A stretch of DNA of 64,000 bases from NCBI RefSeq assembly GCF_964204645.1, contig NC_134028.1, positions 17,057,653 to 17,121,652 on the forward strand, read 5' to 3'. This document shows, in pieces, positions 23,426 through 34,600 of the stretch; within the stretch, counting starts at the first letter, position 1, and every line of letters begins with the position of its first letter. The notes below the pieces were generated by a model, which was not told the origin of the DNA, searched no databases, and was given only the letters and a program-made list of their open reading frames with translations. Both the position numbers and the translations under genes were made by a program. The stretch comes from Tubulanus polymorphus. Its lineage: Eukaryota > Animalia > Nemertea.

Positions 23426-26400
23426 TCATTTATTAGTTTTTTTGAATCTTGTCCTGTGCATTGCGATGGCTTCCTCTTTGGTGATTTTTTCTTTGTTTGA
23501 TGTGAGATTTGGTGGTACTGTGATTATTTTCCTCGGCCTATCTGCTTCTTCCACGTCCTCGAGTATCTTGTTCCAGCAAATGTCGACATATTCTGAAATA
23601 AAAAACACTGTTAGCCAACAATGTGTTTGGTAATGAATTATTTACATAAGTTTAGTTAATGACTTTAATATTCACCATAAGTGGCATCAGTGAGTAGTTT
23701 TCGTAATGTGTGGGTGTCCTTGTATTTTGGATAGACAATGCTATATTTTTTTGTCCCATCAATCTTTGTGCCTTGTATTCTGTCACTATTCTCATTGAAA
23801 TGTAGGGCAGCTATTTGTAACCTAAGAGAAGACATAAGACATTGATATAAGTCTTAGCAGGGACATATGTATGAAAAAATAGAAATCACTCAATTGTTAT
23901 ATACTTTGCTTACCTGCTTGTCATTCCATTGTAAGAAAACTGAATCATCTTCGGGGCAAAATGATTGAATAAACTGTGAAGACACTCCAGTTTACTGGTC
24001 TGGCCGTATGGTGACATCATCTTCACTTTATTTATAACCCGTGTATTCGTCAGATATTTTTGCATAGAATCACCAACCAAAGATCCTGTAAATAGTACAT
24101 CAAATGTTTCATCACATGAAATTAGATATAATTTCTGATTCAGTAGTTGCAATAGATAATATCTTACCTGGATAAAGCCATTTCTTTTCTGATGTTATGG
24201 GTTCATGGCTGCAGTCTTCATGATTGTCTTGGATGTGTTTGACTGCTGATGACCATTTTTTACTGATGCCTTCTTTATCCCCGGGTGATGATGATGCAGC
24301 GCACCAGTACAAATGACATTTTATTGACTTTATCCAATCCTTGATTTCTTCACATTCCTTTTTCCTTGACATTATTTCTAGTTTCTTAGTTATACCTTGA
24401 AATGAAAAATTAGTATTTCGTCTCATTTTTGATTCCGTGAGTGATATGTAAATTCTACACAAAGAATTTTTGAACTTACTTTTAACAACGTGCCAGCAGT
24501 CATAATAGTGAGCTACATTCCAAACTTCCCTTGTCCATTTAGTAATTTGAATGTGCATATCCGAAATAAATGCCATCACTTTCAGGTTTCCTATCTGTAT
24601 TCGGCAACGCTTTAAGCCTTCCAATTCCATTGCATTTGAATTCTTTACCTCATTCGACTAAAAAAATCAATAACAAAGATAGACGTAAACCTTTCTCTGT
24701 TTTAAATTCAGGAAAAAGCAAGATTTTATGGTTCTGACATACCTGAACAAGTTGAAACGCGATCACTTTGTTAGTTATTAAATCCATCAGAGTGTAACTT
24801 CCAAATTTAGCAGAATGACCCATAGAATCGCAACGTCCATCACCAGCAAGCAATCGTGGCCCTGGTAATTTGTTGACAAGTGCCGATCTACTTGCTTCCC
24901 ACACAGATGAAACAGCATCGTGAAGATAGTTTTTCTGGTACCGGAAATATGTCCTGGTACTCTGAGCCTTTAAACTGTTGGTTGGCTGGACCATTCAGTA
25001 GTTTCACCACAATTCAAACAATTTGTTCTGACAGTCAACATTGTTCCTCTGTGCCTCTTCCAAACTTGGTTCTCTCTTCCACAGCGCCGGCAGTATTGTA
25101 ACAGCTGCAGAATTGCTGACTGGAACACAATAATCTTGGTTTGGTCTTTATACGACTTATCCGATTCATCACTGCAATGATAAATGAAGTTTTATACAAA
25201 AGAAAGGAAAATATCATTCATGATTAAAATATTATACTTTACTAACCTTATTTCTTCAAACATAACTCTGCCTTCAGAATCATCCTCAGAGCCACTGTCC
25301 ATCTCTGACTCTTCTGCCGAATCTGGATGATAGTCATCATCTTCACTGTCACTCCCTAAATCTGATTCTTCTCCAATACAAATGGCTTTTGAGGTATTTG
25401 TAAGTTCTTCAGCAGGTCGCTTACATTGAATACCAATGTTTCGAGCTAAAACAGACCAATCACAGTAGTAGGATTAAATAGATAGGGAGAATAGATGATA
25501 TCATAAAAAACCCCATAATACAAGCCGTACCATAATACGATATAGACTGAATAAAGAATACTCACTCAATGCATTTTCCTGGATTCCAACTGAACGCTGA
25601 GCCTTAAATGGCGTTCTGTAGATAATCTTAGGTTTGATGCGGTACACAATTTTGGTCTTCACCTGTGCAGTTTCTTTCAGCGTTTGCATCCCTAGAAAAA
25701 ATTATCATTAAATAACATGAAATTCAATGATTACAGTGATATATTCAAAACTGAATGACAATGATACACCATACCATCATGAAAATCCTACCTCGAGATT
25801 TACAATCCGGTTCAGCCTGCACAGCAAATTCTCTTGTCGCCTCGAACTCTGATTTGATACCGGGTTCCGCATACACTTCCCCGCCGTCATCTTCACCAGG
25901 TTTTGCATAATCTTCAACCAAATTTGGTTGAAGATTATGCAAAACCTGGCTCTCAGTCTCAGCAATGACTCGCCGTCTCTCCCTCTTCTCAAACACTTTT
26001 CGTCCAGGCTTTCGTGGTGGCGAGAAGAAATCCTCTGGTTGAGATGTAGATTCAGGGGTTTCTATCACAGTGTGGATCGATGGCACGGCTCCTTGTTTCA
26101 GCAACAATCTATTTCAAGCAAAAGGCAACCGTTAATTCACAAGGCTCGTGAAATATTCATTTTGTTATTGTAGTTAGTGAGTGAAGTAAGGCACTCACAA
26201 TGACAATAAAAGCCTATTGTACGATGGCCAATGCACTGTGGCCTATAGTAGTAGTTCAATGAAAAGATGTTTCTATTGTCACACGATGTAAGCTGACCTA
26301 GAAGGCATGGTTTTACAATCACGCTTAGCAAACAAAAGTTAAACGGCATTTTGACATAAAAAATTATGAATTGGATACCGCGCGTGGAAAAAATAAATTT

Positions 26401-26736
26401 TATTGATTTGAATTGGACTTGAAAATGCGACCCTTTTAACAGTGATTTTCAAGCCCATACAATAATTATTCTCAAACCATGTCTCGAATAAATGTTAAGA
26501 TGACTGAATGAAACTTACCTCTTTGCAAATTGTGCATCATACTGCATTTTATTAACGAAATCATCGTTGGTAAAATGCCGGTAACACACGACGCTATTCG
26601 ACGTTGGGCCGCTCCAATTCAATCGCTTTAAACCTACAAAAGAAGCCCATTTTTCTCGAAGAACAGGATTCTTCGGAAAAAGAAATATACCCCTATCCGA
26701 ATAATCGCACCCAAAGCAAACACAACGATTTGGCAT
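23426..26736 (-). pseudogene. Kolobok THAP-DDE transposase, multi-exon, probably internally deleted
   Basis: THAP domain MPNRCVCFGC..FPK..W..VCYRHF..LKQGAVPSI; catalytic LAGDGRCDSMGHSAKFGSYTLMD, MELEGLKRC..FISDMHIQI..YDCWH, HLYWC, QTSKLECLHS..FAPK, LHFNEN. The frame jumps near 24965, where a conserved segment appears to be missing. Confidence 0.85.
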
Positions 26737-27503
26737 TTGAGAAAAAGCAGTGAAAACACGCCGAGTAGTAAAAACGCAACGTTATCTCATAGAAGAGAAT
26801 TTTCAGTGCTCACTTTATTGACGTCACAGCGCCGGAGATCGACGGAAATTGCCGATGATTTCTAACGCGATGTATACAACGAAATGAGGTCAAAAATTGT
26901 CTTACAAAATCACGATTTTCGCGGAAACTACACATTTTTGAACAGAACTATTTCAAAGTCTTCCTTAGTTCGATAGAACTTATCGAATTTTGAAATAAAA
27001 AAAAAGTGTCAGTTACCCTTTAAAAATGGGTGCAGCTGCTAGATTTGAAATTAAATTTATTAAAAGTGATAGTTCGAATAAGGTAAGAATAAAGTTAACT
27101 AATGAACAACATATATTTCTAGTAAGAAAACCTTTAGCTAAACTGTTTGGAATTCTTCCAGATAGAGATTATTCAAGTATTGAAACTTATACAAATTTAA
27201 TGACTTTTACACACTTTTATATTTATTGCAATTTAATTGATCCTACAAAAACATTTGAAGCAACTAAAGTTATAATTTGTAATTCTAGTATATTAAATAT
27301 TATACCATTAAAAAATGTTTAACAATTTGGAACGCAAATAAATTACAATTTAGCTGTATGTGATTTTAAACCTTGTATTCCACATTTCAATAATTTCAAA
27401 TTAGAAATAAGAAATCATAATGGATACTTAATTGATTTAAATAATTTCCCTGTAATTTATGAATTAGTTATAAGATGTAAATAATAATTTTTTCACTATA
27501 TAA

Positions 27504-27850
27504 ATGAAAATAACTGTTGGACCGAGCATATGTTTTGGATTTGATTTTAAACGTGAGAAAGAAATGAAATTTAACATTACTGATGTAATTACACATATTG
27601 AACATATTGCATTTTCTAATGAAACAACATTTGAGTATGAAAAAACAATAGATAAAGAATGTAGTAAAGATTACTAATTTAATTAGAGAATCTTTAAGAT
27701 TTTATGAATTAGATGAAGATTTTATCATTGTTGATATTAAAAGAAGAAAACTGAAATATATGAAAATGAAACTAATAATACTATAAATGTTGAAATAATC
27801 ATAAATAAGATAATTAAATATTTTGAAGATAGTAACATTTTTGATTAATA
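27504..27850 (+). pseudogene. Small hypothetical Polinton protein, frameshifted
   Basis: TATAAATG start, MKITVGPSICFGFDFKREKEMKFNITDVITHIEH..; fills the gap between neighbouring genes. Confidence 0.45.
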
Positions 27851-27851
27851 A

Positions 27852-28072
27852 ATGAGTGATAATAAGTGGATAATAACTGGTTTATATAATGGAGCATTAC
27901 TATCAGTTGGAACTGTTGGTTATTCAATGGTTTTAAAAAAGTATTTACAATGGGAAGAGTTAATGTTGACAGATTTGATATAAATGATATTTTAGAATTA
28001 ACGTTAGCAGTTACTTTATCTAATTTAACTATTGATTACTTGGAAAAACAAAAATATATTCCTCTTATATAA
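27852..28072 (+). pseudogene. Small hydrophobic Polinton protein, one frameshift
   Basis: MSDNKWIITGLYNGALLSVGTVGYSMVLKK / ..DRFDINDILELTLAVTLSNLTIDYLEKQKYIPLI; ATAAATG start. Confidence 0.6.
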
Positions 28073-28096
28073 ATGCATAATCTTCTTGCTAAATAA

Positions 28097-28520
28097 ATGG
28101 CAATCTGCAATTATAACTATTATAGGATCGGCAATTGTTAACGCTTTAGCATTTACTGGTGGTGGTTATTTATTTAAACATATTGATAAAAATAGTTCAT
28201 TATCAGAACAAAAAAGACATAACTTAGCATTTGAGAAATACAATAAAGCAGCAGAAGAATATAGAGAAAAGAGACAAAACTATATGGATTACATCAATAA
28301 AGAATTATATGATCAGAAGATTTCACATAGAGATTTTCAATCAGTCGATGATGCAATGAGTTTATATAACGCAGTAACAAATAAAGAAAGATTACATCTA
28401 TACAAGCCTAAATTATCAGATTATTATACACCAAGTAAAGAACAACAGAAATATGAAATAATTTGGATTTTAGGTGGAACAGTTATTGTTATATTTGTAG
28501 CATATAAATTTACTAATTAG
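28097..28520 (+). pseudogene. Polinton protein with N-terminal hydrophobic helix, coiled coil and C-terminal TM segment
   Basis: MA/SAIITIIGSAIVNALAFTGGGYLF..EQKRHNLAFEKY..PKLSDYYTPS..IIWILGGTVIVIFVAYKF. A +1 frameshift follows the ATAAATG start. Confidence 0.65.
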
Positions 28521-28539
28521 TAATTTCTTTGCTAAATAA

Positions 28540-28974
28540 ATGGAGGATAAAGTTGATAATATTGATATAATTCCTCATGATATAAATAAAACTAAATTCA
28601 AAACATATTTAGAAAAAAAAATATAAGAATTTGAAAGTGACTTAAAGATAATAAAGAAGAAATATATAAAAAGTAAAATTATATATTATTTTATTATCAG
28701 TGGTTCAGTTACAATTAGTTCTGTAATAACATTTCTAGCAATATTCAGTCCATTAACACCTTTAGCTATATCAATTGGCGTGTTAGGATTAAGTTCAAGT
28801 GTGTTAACTGGTATAAGTTCAAAATTAAATATAAAAAGTAATAAAGAAAAAATTAAAACTAATATAAAAGAAATTAATAAATTAAAAAATACATTAGATT
28901 ATATAATAAGTTTAAATGGTAATATAACAGTTGAAGAACAAGATAAATTATTAAAAGAATTAGGTAATTATTAA
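28540..28974 (+). pseudogene. Two-TM-helix membrane protein of the Polinton, one premature stop
   Basis: Single frame MEDK..LEKKI*EFESDLK..IIYYFIISGSVTISSVITFLAIFSPLTPLAISIGVLGLSSSVLTGIS..GNITVEEQDKLLKELGNY; TAA at 28624. Confidence 0.65.
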
Positions 28975-28990
28975 TTTGTTTATTATATAA

Positions 28991-29282
28991 ATGGTAGATA
29001 GTTTTCCAAAAGCTTTTCAATATAATAAATCAATTAAATATATTATTCCTGCAATAGATTTTAATAAAGATATTTCATATAGAAATGAAGTTTTAAATTC
29101 ATTAATTAATTTAGATATTTATGTTACTGAAACTTATAATTTTAATGTTAAAATGGAAAATATATTTCATGTGTATACAATTAATTTTAAAAATTTAAAT
29201 GAGGCAAAACAATGGTTATTAAAATCTAATATGAAGTACTGGCAGAACCAATTAAATTTTGCTGTTTATTGCGCAACAACAA
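28991..29282 (+). pseudogene. Uncharacterised Polinton protein, truncated at the 3' end
   Basis: TATAAATG start; ..NMKYWQNQLNFAVYCATT, then an abrupt switch to Helentron B sequence at 29283. Confidence 0.6.
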
Positions 29283-30573
29283 CCTTATTAGTTCCGCTGC
29301 ATCGCTAAAAACAAATTGAGATAGGTTTCCCTGCATTTTTTTTACATATTACATCACTTACAACGATAAACGTCCGTCGCCGACTGAAAAATTCACAAAA
29401 ACTTCCGCATTGAGAGCGCCACCGCACCAATTCAATATGGATCGGAAACCCTCCAGCGATGCACTCTATGATCTTTAGAACCTGTCTTTGCTGACTGGAA
29501 ATAAGATATTTCTCAGCGCGAAGGGGGTGGGGCGCAGCGTCACCAGGTCCCGCTCCGCGAGGAAGCTAGATTTTCAAAGAAATGAGTTCACGCGACGGCC
29601 GTGACCACTTGTTAGTGACGTCATCAAGAATGATGGCTCCGAGGATCGCCACATCACAGGTTACTGTGAATGAATAGGATTCGACCATTCAAAAGTTCAA
29701 AATGTACTTTCTTGTTTTGTAAAACAAGTTTATTCATGTCGTTATATAAAGCATTTTGTTTGAAACATTCTTTAATAATGTTTGTTGAGTTTAAAGCCAA
29801 TTGTCGTTGTGTAATTCGATACTGGTCACTGACATCAAAGTTTTAGTTTCTGTTCACATGTTTCGACTTATAAATATCCAATTTGTATGTTCTATCTTTA
29901 AATACAGGCCATGTGATTAATTGCGTATCACTCCATTAGTTTAAAAAGAGAGCACATATTTCGATACTGTTAAATAATTAACTACATTTTTTTCTGTCAC
30001 ACGTTGATTTTTACCCATCACCTATAAAATTCAAATGTACGTGATGTATTCTGTAAGCTAAGTAAGCTTGTTCTTAAAAATACACTATGAATTTTCAATT
30101 TTTACTGACCATAATAGTTTATTTTTCGTAAATAAAATTTATATTTTAATTAAATAATTTCAAAATCTTTTCTATGCCCCCCTCTGCAACAGAAATTTAC
30201 TAAGGACTATTACATATTCAGATGTACGTTGATAATTGATTTCAATCCTCCCTTCAAATAATTATAATAACATTATTTCGGAAGATGCAGGTGGCGCACA
30301 ATCATAATACATACAACTCATCAAGCTGACGAGTCGTTTCCGTAACCAATGTTACAGACGGGTAACCAATCTACTCGACTCCGCAGACAATAAACGACCC
30401 GAGTAATCCCCAATTTGACTATAACTATAAATTATGTTATGTTAAACCGCATTGGTGTGACTTGACACGTCAAATGCGTATCCCGTATTGATATATTTCT
30501 ATTATCCACTTTCCAAACTATGAATAGCACGCCTGCTCAGAAAACCCGTTATCGCTGCTTTGCAGCTATATTT
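29283..30573 (-). mobile_element. Second copy of the 5' 1.3 kb of Helentron-like element B, inverted and truncated
   Basis: Near-identical reverse complement of 9542-10804; for example ccttattagttccgctgcatcgct (29283) versus agcgatgcagcggaactaataagg (10781). Confidence 0.9.
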
Positions 30574-31200
30574 AGGGTTTTCTGTTATTTCACAGAAAAC
30601 CCTATTGATATCCGCGAGATTATTATTATTATTATTTTCTTCCACACTATTTTTACCAAAAGAACTTCGGCTTTGTTACCTTACCGCTGTTTCATATAAA
30701 ATCCATATAATATCGTTCAGCTCACTGAGATCTACAAATAGCCCGCGTGTTTTCTCACGAATCATCGTTACAAAAGCGCTGTCGGGCCGTAAACATCGAA
30801 AATTTAGCCCCATTCAATGGGACGACATGTTTTTCGAGTCGTCATCCCGAAATCAACCCGCAGGCCGACTGTCACTTCGATTATCAATTCAAGTATAAAT
30901 GAACTAATTTATTGCCGCAGACTTCAAATTCAGTCGCGGTCTTCAAACAGTGATTTTAACAATAGCCCATTTTCCTCATCAAATCATATTACCGATACAC
31001 TGGAAATTTACTACTTTAGATTTTAAAAGCACTGTCGAGCCGTAAACATCGACGAATCGACGTGTGTTACTACATCGTCGTTCCGGGGATCAGCTGCGAG
31101 TTTCTCCTCATCATGAGAATCAAATCGAGTACAAATTAATTTATTACTACCAGTGATTTGGCTGCGGGTTTCAAGGAGTTAGTTTAACAATACCTATTTT
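30574..31200 (-). mobile_element. 3' part of an A-type Helentron-like element
   Basis: Terminal hairpin AGGGTTTTCTG-ttatttca-CAGAAAACCCT (30574-30603) and (ATT)n tract. The motifs ccttaccgctgt and ctgtcgagccgtaaacatcg are reverse complements of about 9473 and 9366. The far boundary is approximate. Confidence 0.65.
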
Positions 31201-31669
31201 TCTTTACCGAATTAACCGTGTATTTACTAAGATAAATCTTTAGTGTACTGGGGAATCGTAGGCCTAAACTAAACAGGCCGAAGAGATATGGCGGAGAAAA
31301 GCTGTTATGTCGACGAGGTATCAAAATAAAAGAATATATTACTTTATTCGGCCGCGGGCTTCAACCATTTATCAATACTCTATATTTCCTACAGTACATA
31401 CCGATCATTGTCAAATGCACAAGGTATTTACTAAATACAATTATATAGCACACTCCTATCCGTATGTTGGACTCACACTTGACATTCGGAGTAAGCGTTC
31501 GCTGTGGGGGAAAGGAGATCGTTCGCTGTGTCGCTTTAAGTGTTTATCGAGTTTTACGCGACCTTAAGGCTTTAGTATGGTGGCTGATAAGATAAAAAAA
31601 CACGAATATGCAAATGAGGGCGACATTACGACAAAACGACAAAACTAAAATAACGCGAGAAAACAATGA

Positions 31670-34600
31670 CTTTGATTTTGTCGCCCGCGACAATTCATTA
31701 TTTTGGTTTGTCACACGTGACAATTCAATATTTTGGTTTTATCGCCCGCGACAATTCATTATTTTGGTTTTATCGCTTGCGACAATTCATTATTTTGGTT
31801 TTGTCGCCCGCGAAAATTCTTGGTTTTGGTTTTGACGCCCGCGACAATTCATTATTTTGGTTTTATACTTTGTTTTTGTCGCCTGCGACAATTCAATATT
31901 TTAGTTTTGTTGCCCGCGACAGTTCATTATTTTGGTTTTATCGCCCGCGACAATTCAATATTTTGGTTTTATCGCCCGCGACAATTCAATATTTTGGTTT
32001 TATCGCCCGCGATAATTCATTATTTTGGTTTTGTCGCCTGAGAAAATTCATTATTTTGGTTTTATCGCCCGCGACAATTCATTATTACGGTTTTATCGCC
32101 AACGACAATTCATTATTTTGGTTTTGTCGCCCGCGACAATTCATTATTTTGGTTTTGTATTTTGTTTTTGTCGCCCGCGACAATTTTTTTTTATGGCTTG
32201 TCGCCCGCGACAATTCAATATTTTGGTTTTATCGCCCGCGACAATTCATTACTTTAGTTTTATCTCCAGCGACAATTCATTATTTTGGTTTTGTGGCCCG
32301 GGACAATTCTTCTTTTTGGTTTTGTCGCCCGCAACAATTCATTATTTTGGTTTTATATTTTGTTTTAGTTGCCCGCGATAATTTTTTTTTAGTTTTGTCG
32401 CCCGCGACAATTCAATATTTTGGTTTTATCGCCCGCGATAATTCATTATTTTGGTTTTATCGCCCGCGACAATTCATTATTTTGGTTTTATCGCCCGCGA
32501 CAATTCATTATTTTGGTTTTGTCACCCGAGACAATTCATCATTTTGGTTTTATCGCCCGCGACAATTCATTATTTTGGTTTTGTCCCCCGCGACAATTCA
32601 CCATTTTGGTTTTGTCGCCTGGACAATTCACCATTTTGGTTTTGTCGCCCGCGACGATTCATTATTTTGGTTTTGTCGCCCCCACAATTCTTTTTTTGGT
32701 TTTGTCGCCCGCGACAATTCATTAGTTTGGTTTTGTCGCTTGCGACAATTCATTATTTTGGTTTTGTCGCCCGCGAAAATTCAATATTTTGGTTTTATCG
32801 CCCACGACAATTCACTACTTTGGTTTTATCGCCAGCGACAATTCATTATTTTGTTTTTGTCGCCCGCGACAATTTTTTTTAATGGTTTTGTCGCCCGCGA
32901 CAATTCAATATTTTGGTTTTATCGCCCGCGACAATTCATTATTTTGGTTTTGTCGCCCGCGACAATTCACCATTTTGGTTTTGTCACCCACGACAATTCA
33001 TTATTTTGGTTTTATCGCCCGCGACAATTCATTATTTTAGTTTTATCGCCCGCGACAATTCATTATTTTGGTTTTGTCGCACCGACAATTCTTTTTTTGG
33101 TTTTGTCGCCCGCGACATTTCATTAATTTGGTTTTGTCGCCCGCGTTAATTCATTAGTTTGGTTTTGTCGCCCGCGACAATTCAATATTTTGGTTTTGTC
33201 GCCCGCGACAATTCAATATTTTGGTTTTATCGCCCGCGACAATTCATTACTTTAGTTTTATCTCCAGCGACAATTCATTATTTTGGTTTTGTCGCCCGGG
33301 ACAATTCTTCTTTTTGGTTTTGTCGCCCGCAACAATTCATTATTTTGGTTTTATATTTTGTTTCAGTTGCCCGCGACAATTTTTTTTTTGGTTTTGTCGC
33401 CCACGACAATTCAATATTTTGGGTTTTATCGCCCGCGATAATTCATTATTTTGGTTTTATCGCCCGCGACAATTCATTATTTTGGTTATATCGCCCGCAA
33501 CAATTCATTATTTTGGTTTTGTCGCCCGAGACAATTCATCATTTTGGTTTTATCGCCCGCGACAATTCATTATTTTGGTTTTGTCGCCCGCGACAATTCA
33601 TCATTTTGGTTTTATCGCCCGCGACAATTCATTATTTTGGTTTTGTCGCCCGCGACGATTCACCATTTTGGTTTTGTCGCACACGACAATTCATTATTTT
33701 GGTTTTGTCGCCAGCGACAATTCACCATTTTGGTTTTGTCGCCCGCGACAATTCACCGTTGTGGTTTTGTCACCCGCGACAATTCATTATTTTTTTTTTA
33801 TCGCCCGCGACAATTTATTATTTTGGTTTGGTCGCCCCGACAATTCTTTTTTTTTGGTTTTGTCGCCCGCGACAATTCAATATTTTGGTTTTGTCGCCCG
33901 CGACAATTCAATATTTTGGTTTTGTCGCCCACGACAATTCAATATTTTGGTTTTATCGCCCCGACAATTCATTATTTTGGTTTTGTCGCCCCGACAATTC
34001 TTTTTTTTGGTTTTGTCGCCGGCGACAATTCATTAGTCTGGTTTTGTCGCCCGCGACGATTCAATATTTCGGTTTTATCGCCCACGACAATTCAATATTT
34101 TGGTTTTATCGCCCGCGACAATTCATTATTTTGGTTTTATCGCCTGCGACAATTCATTATTTTGGTTTTGTCGCACGCGACAATAGCGACAATTCAAGAT
34201 TTTGGTTTTATCGCCCGCGACAATTCATTTTTAGGATTTGTCGCCCACGACAATTCAATATTTTGGTTTTATCGCCCGCGACAATTCATTATTTTGGTTT
34301 TATCGCCCGCGACAATTTTTTTCTCTTTTTGTCGCGGTTTTATCGCCTGCGACACTTCAATATTTTGGTTTTATCGCCCGCAACAATTCATTATTTTGGT
34401 TTTATCGCCCGCGACAATTCATTATTTTGGTTTTATCGCCCGCGACAATTCATTATTTTGGTTTTGTCACCCGAGACAATTCATCATTTTGGTTTTATCG
34501 CCCACGACAATTCATTATTTTGGTTTTGTCGCCCACGACAATTCATTATTTTGGTTTTGTCGCCCGCCACAATTCACCATTTTGGTTTTGTCGCCTGGAC

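Larger units (their letters stand above)
21566..27019 (-). mobile_element. Kolobok DNA transposon 2, both ends present (5454 bp)
   Basis: Perfect 19-bp TIR AGGGTAACTGACACTTTTT (21566-21584 and 27001-27019). TTAA TSD at 21562-21565 and 27020-27023. Convergent transposase and KolX genes. Confidence 0.92.
21276..27484 (+). pseudogene. Polinton minor capsid (penton-like) protein, split by Kolobok 2 (21276-21565 joined to 27024-27484)
   Basis: Removing the transposon gives ..LKPGLYNLETLAQEINRRARL|KMGAAARFEIKF..LAKLFG..HFYIYCNLID..ILNIIPL..FNNFKLEIRNHNGYLIDLNNFPVIYELVIRCK, motifs typical of Polinton single-jelly-roll minor capsids. Also has a frameshift and a stop (27320). Confidence 0.75.
4090..29282. 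mobile_element. Decayed Polinton/Maverick (adintovirus-like) endogenous viral element, interrupted by nested insertions and truncated on the right
   Basis: Intronless, very AT-rich, densely packed genes: pPolB, minor capsid protein, zinc-finger ORFs and small membrane proteins. No integrase, ATPase, protease or major capsid gene was seen, and the termini were not identified. Confidence 0.85.

Noticed and set aside
21566-27019. piggyBac assignment based on the TTAA TSD
   Set aside because: Termini are AG..CT rather than CC..GG, and the THAP-DDE plus KolX content fits Kolobok.
9542-30573. The 1.3-kb inverted repeats as Polinton TIRs
   Set aside because: The left copy lies inside an insertion within pPolB, both start with a Helentron-type 5' end, and there are no AG/AGT termini or 6-bp TSD.
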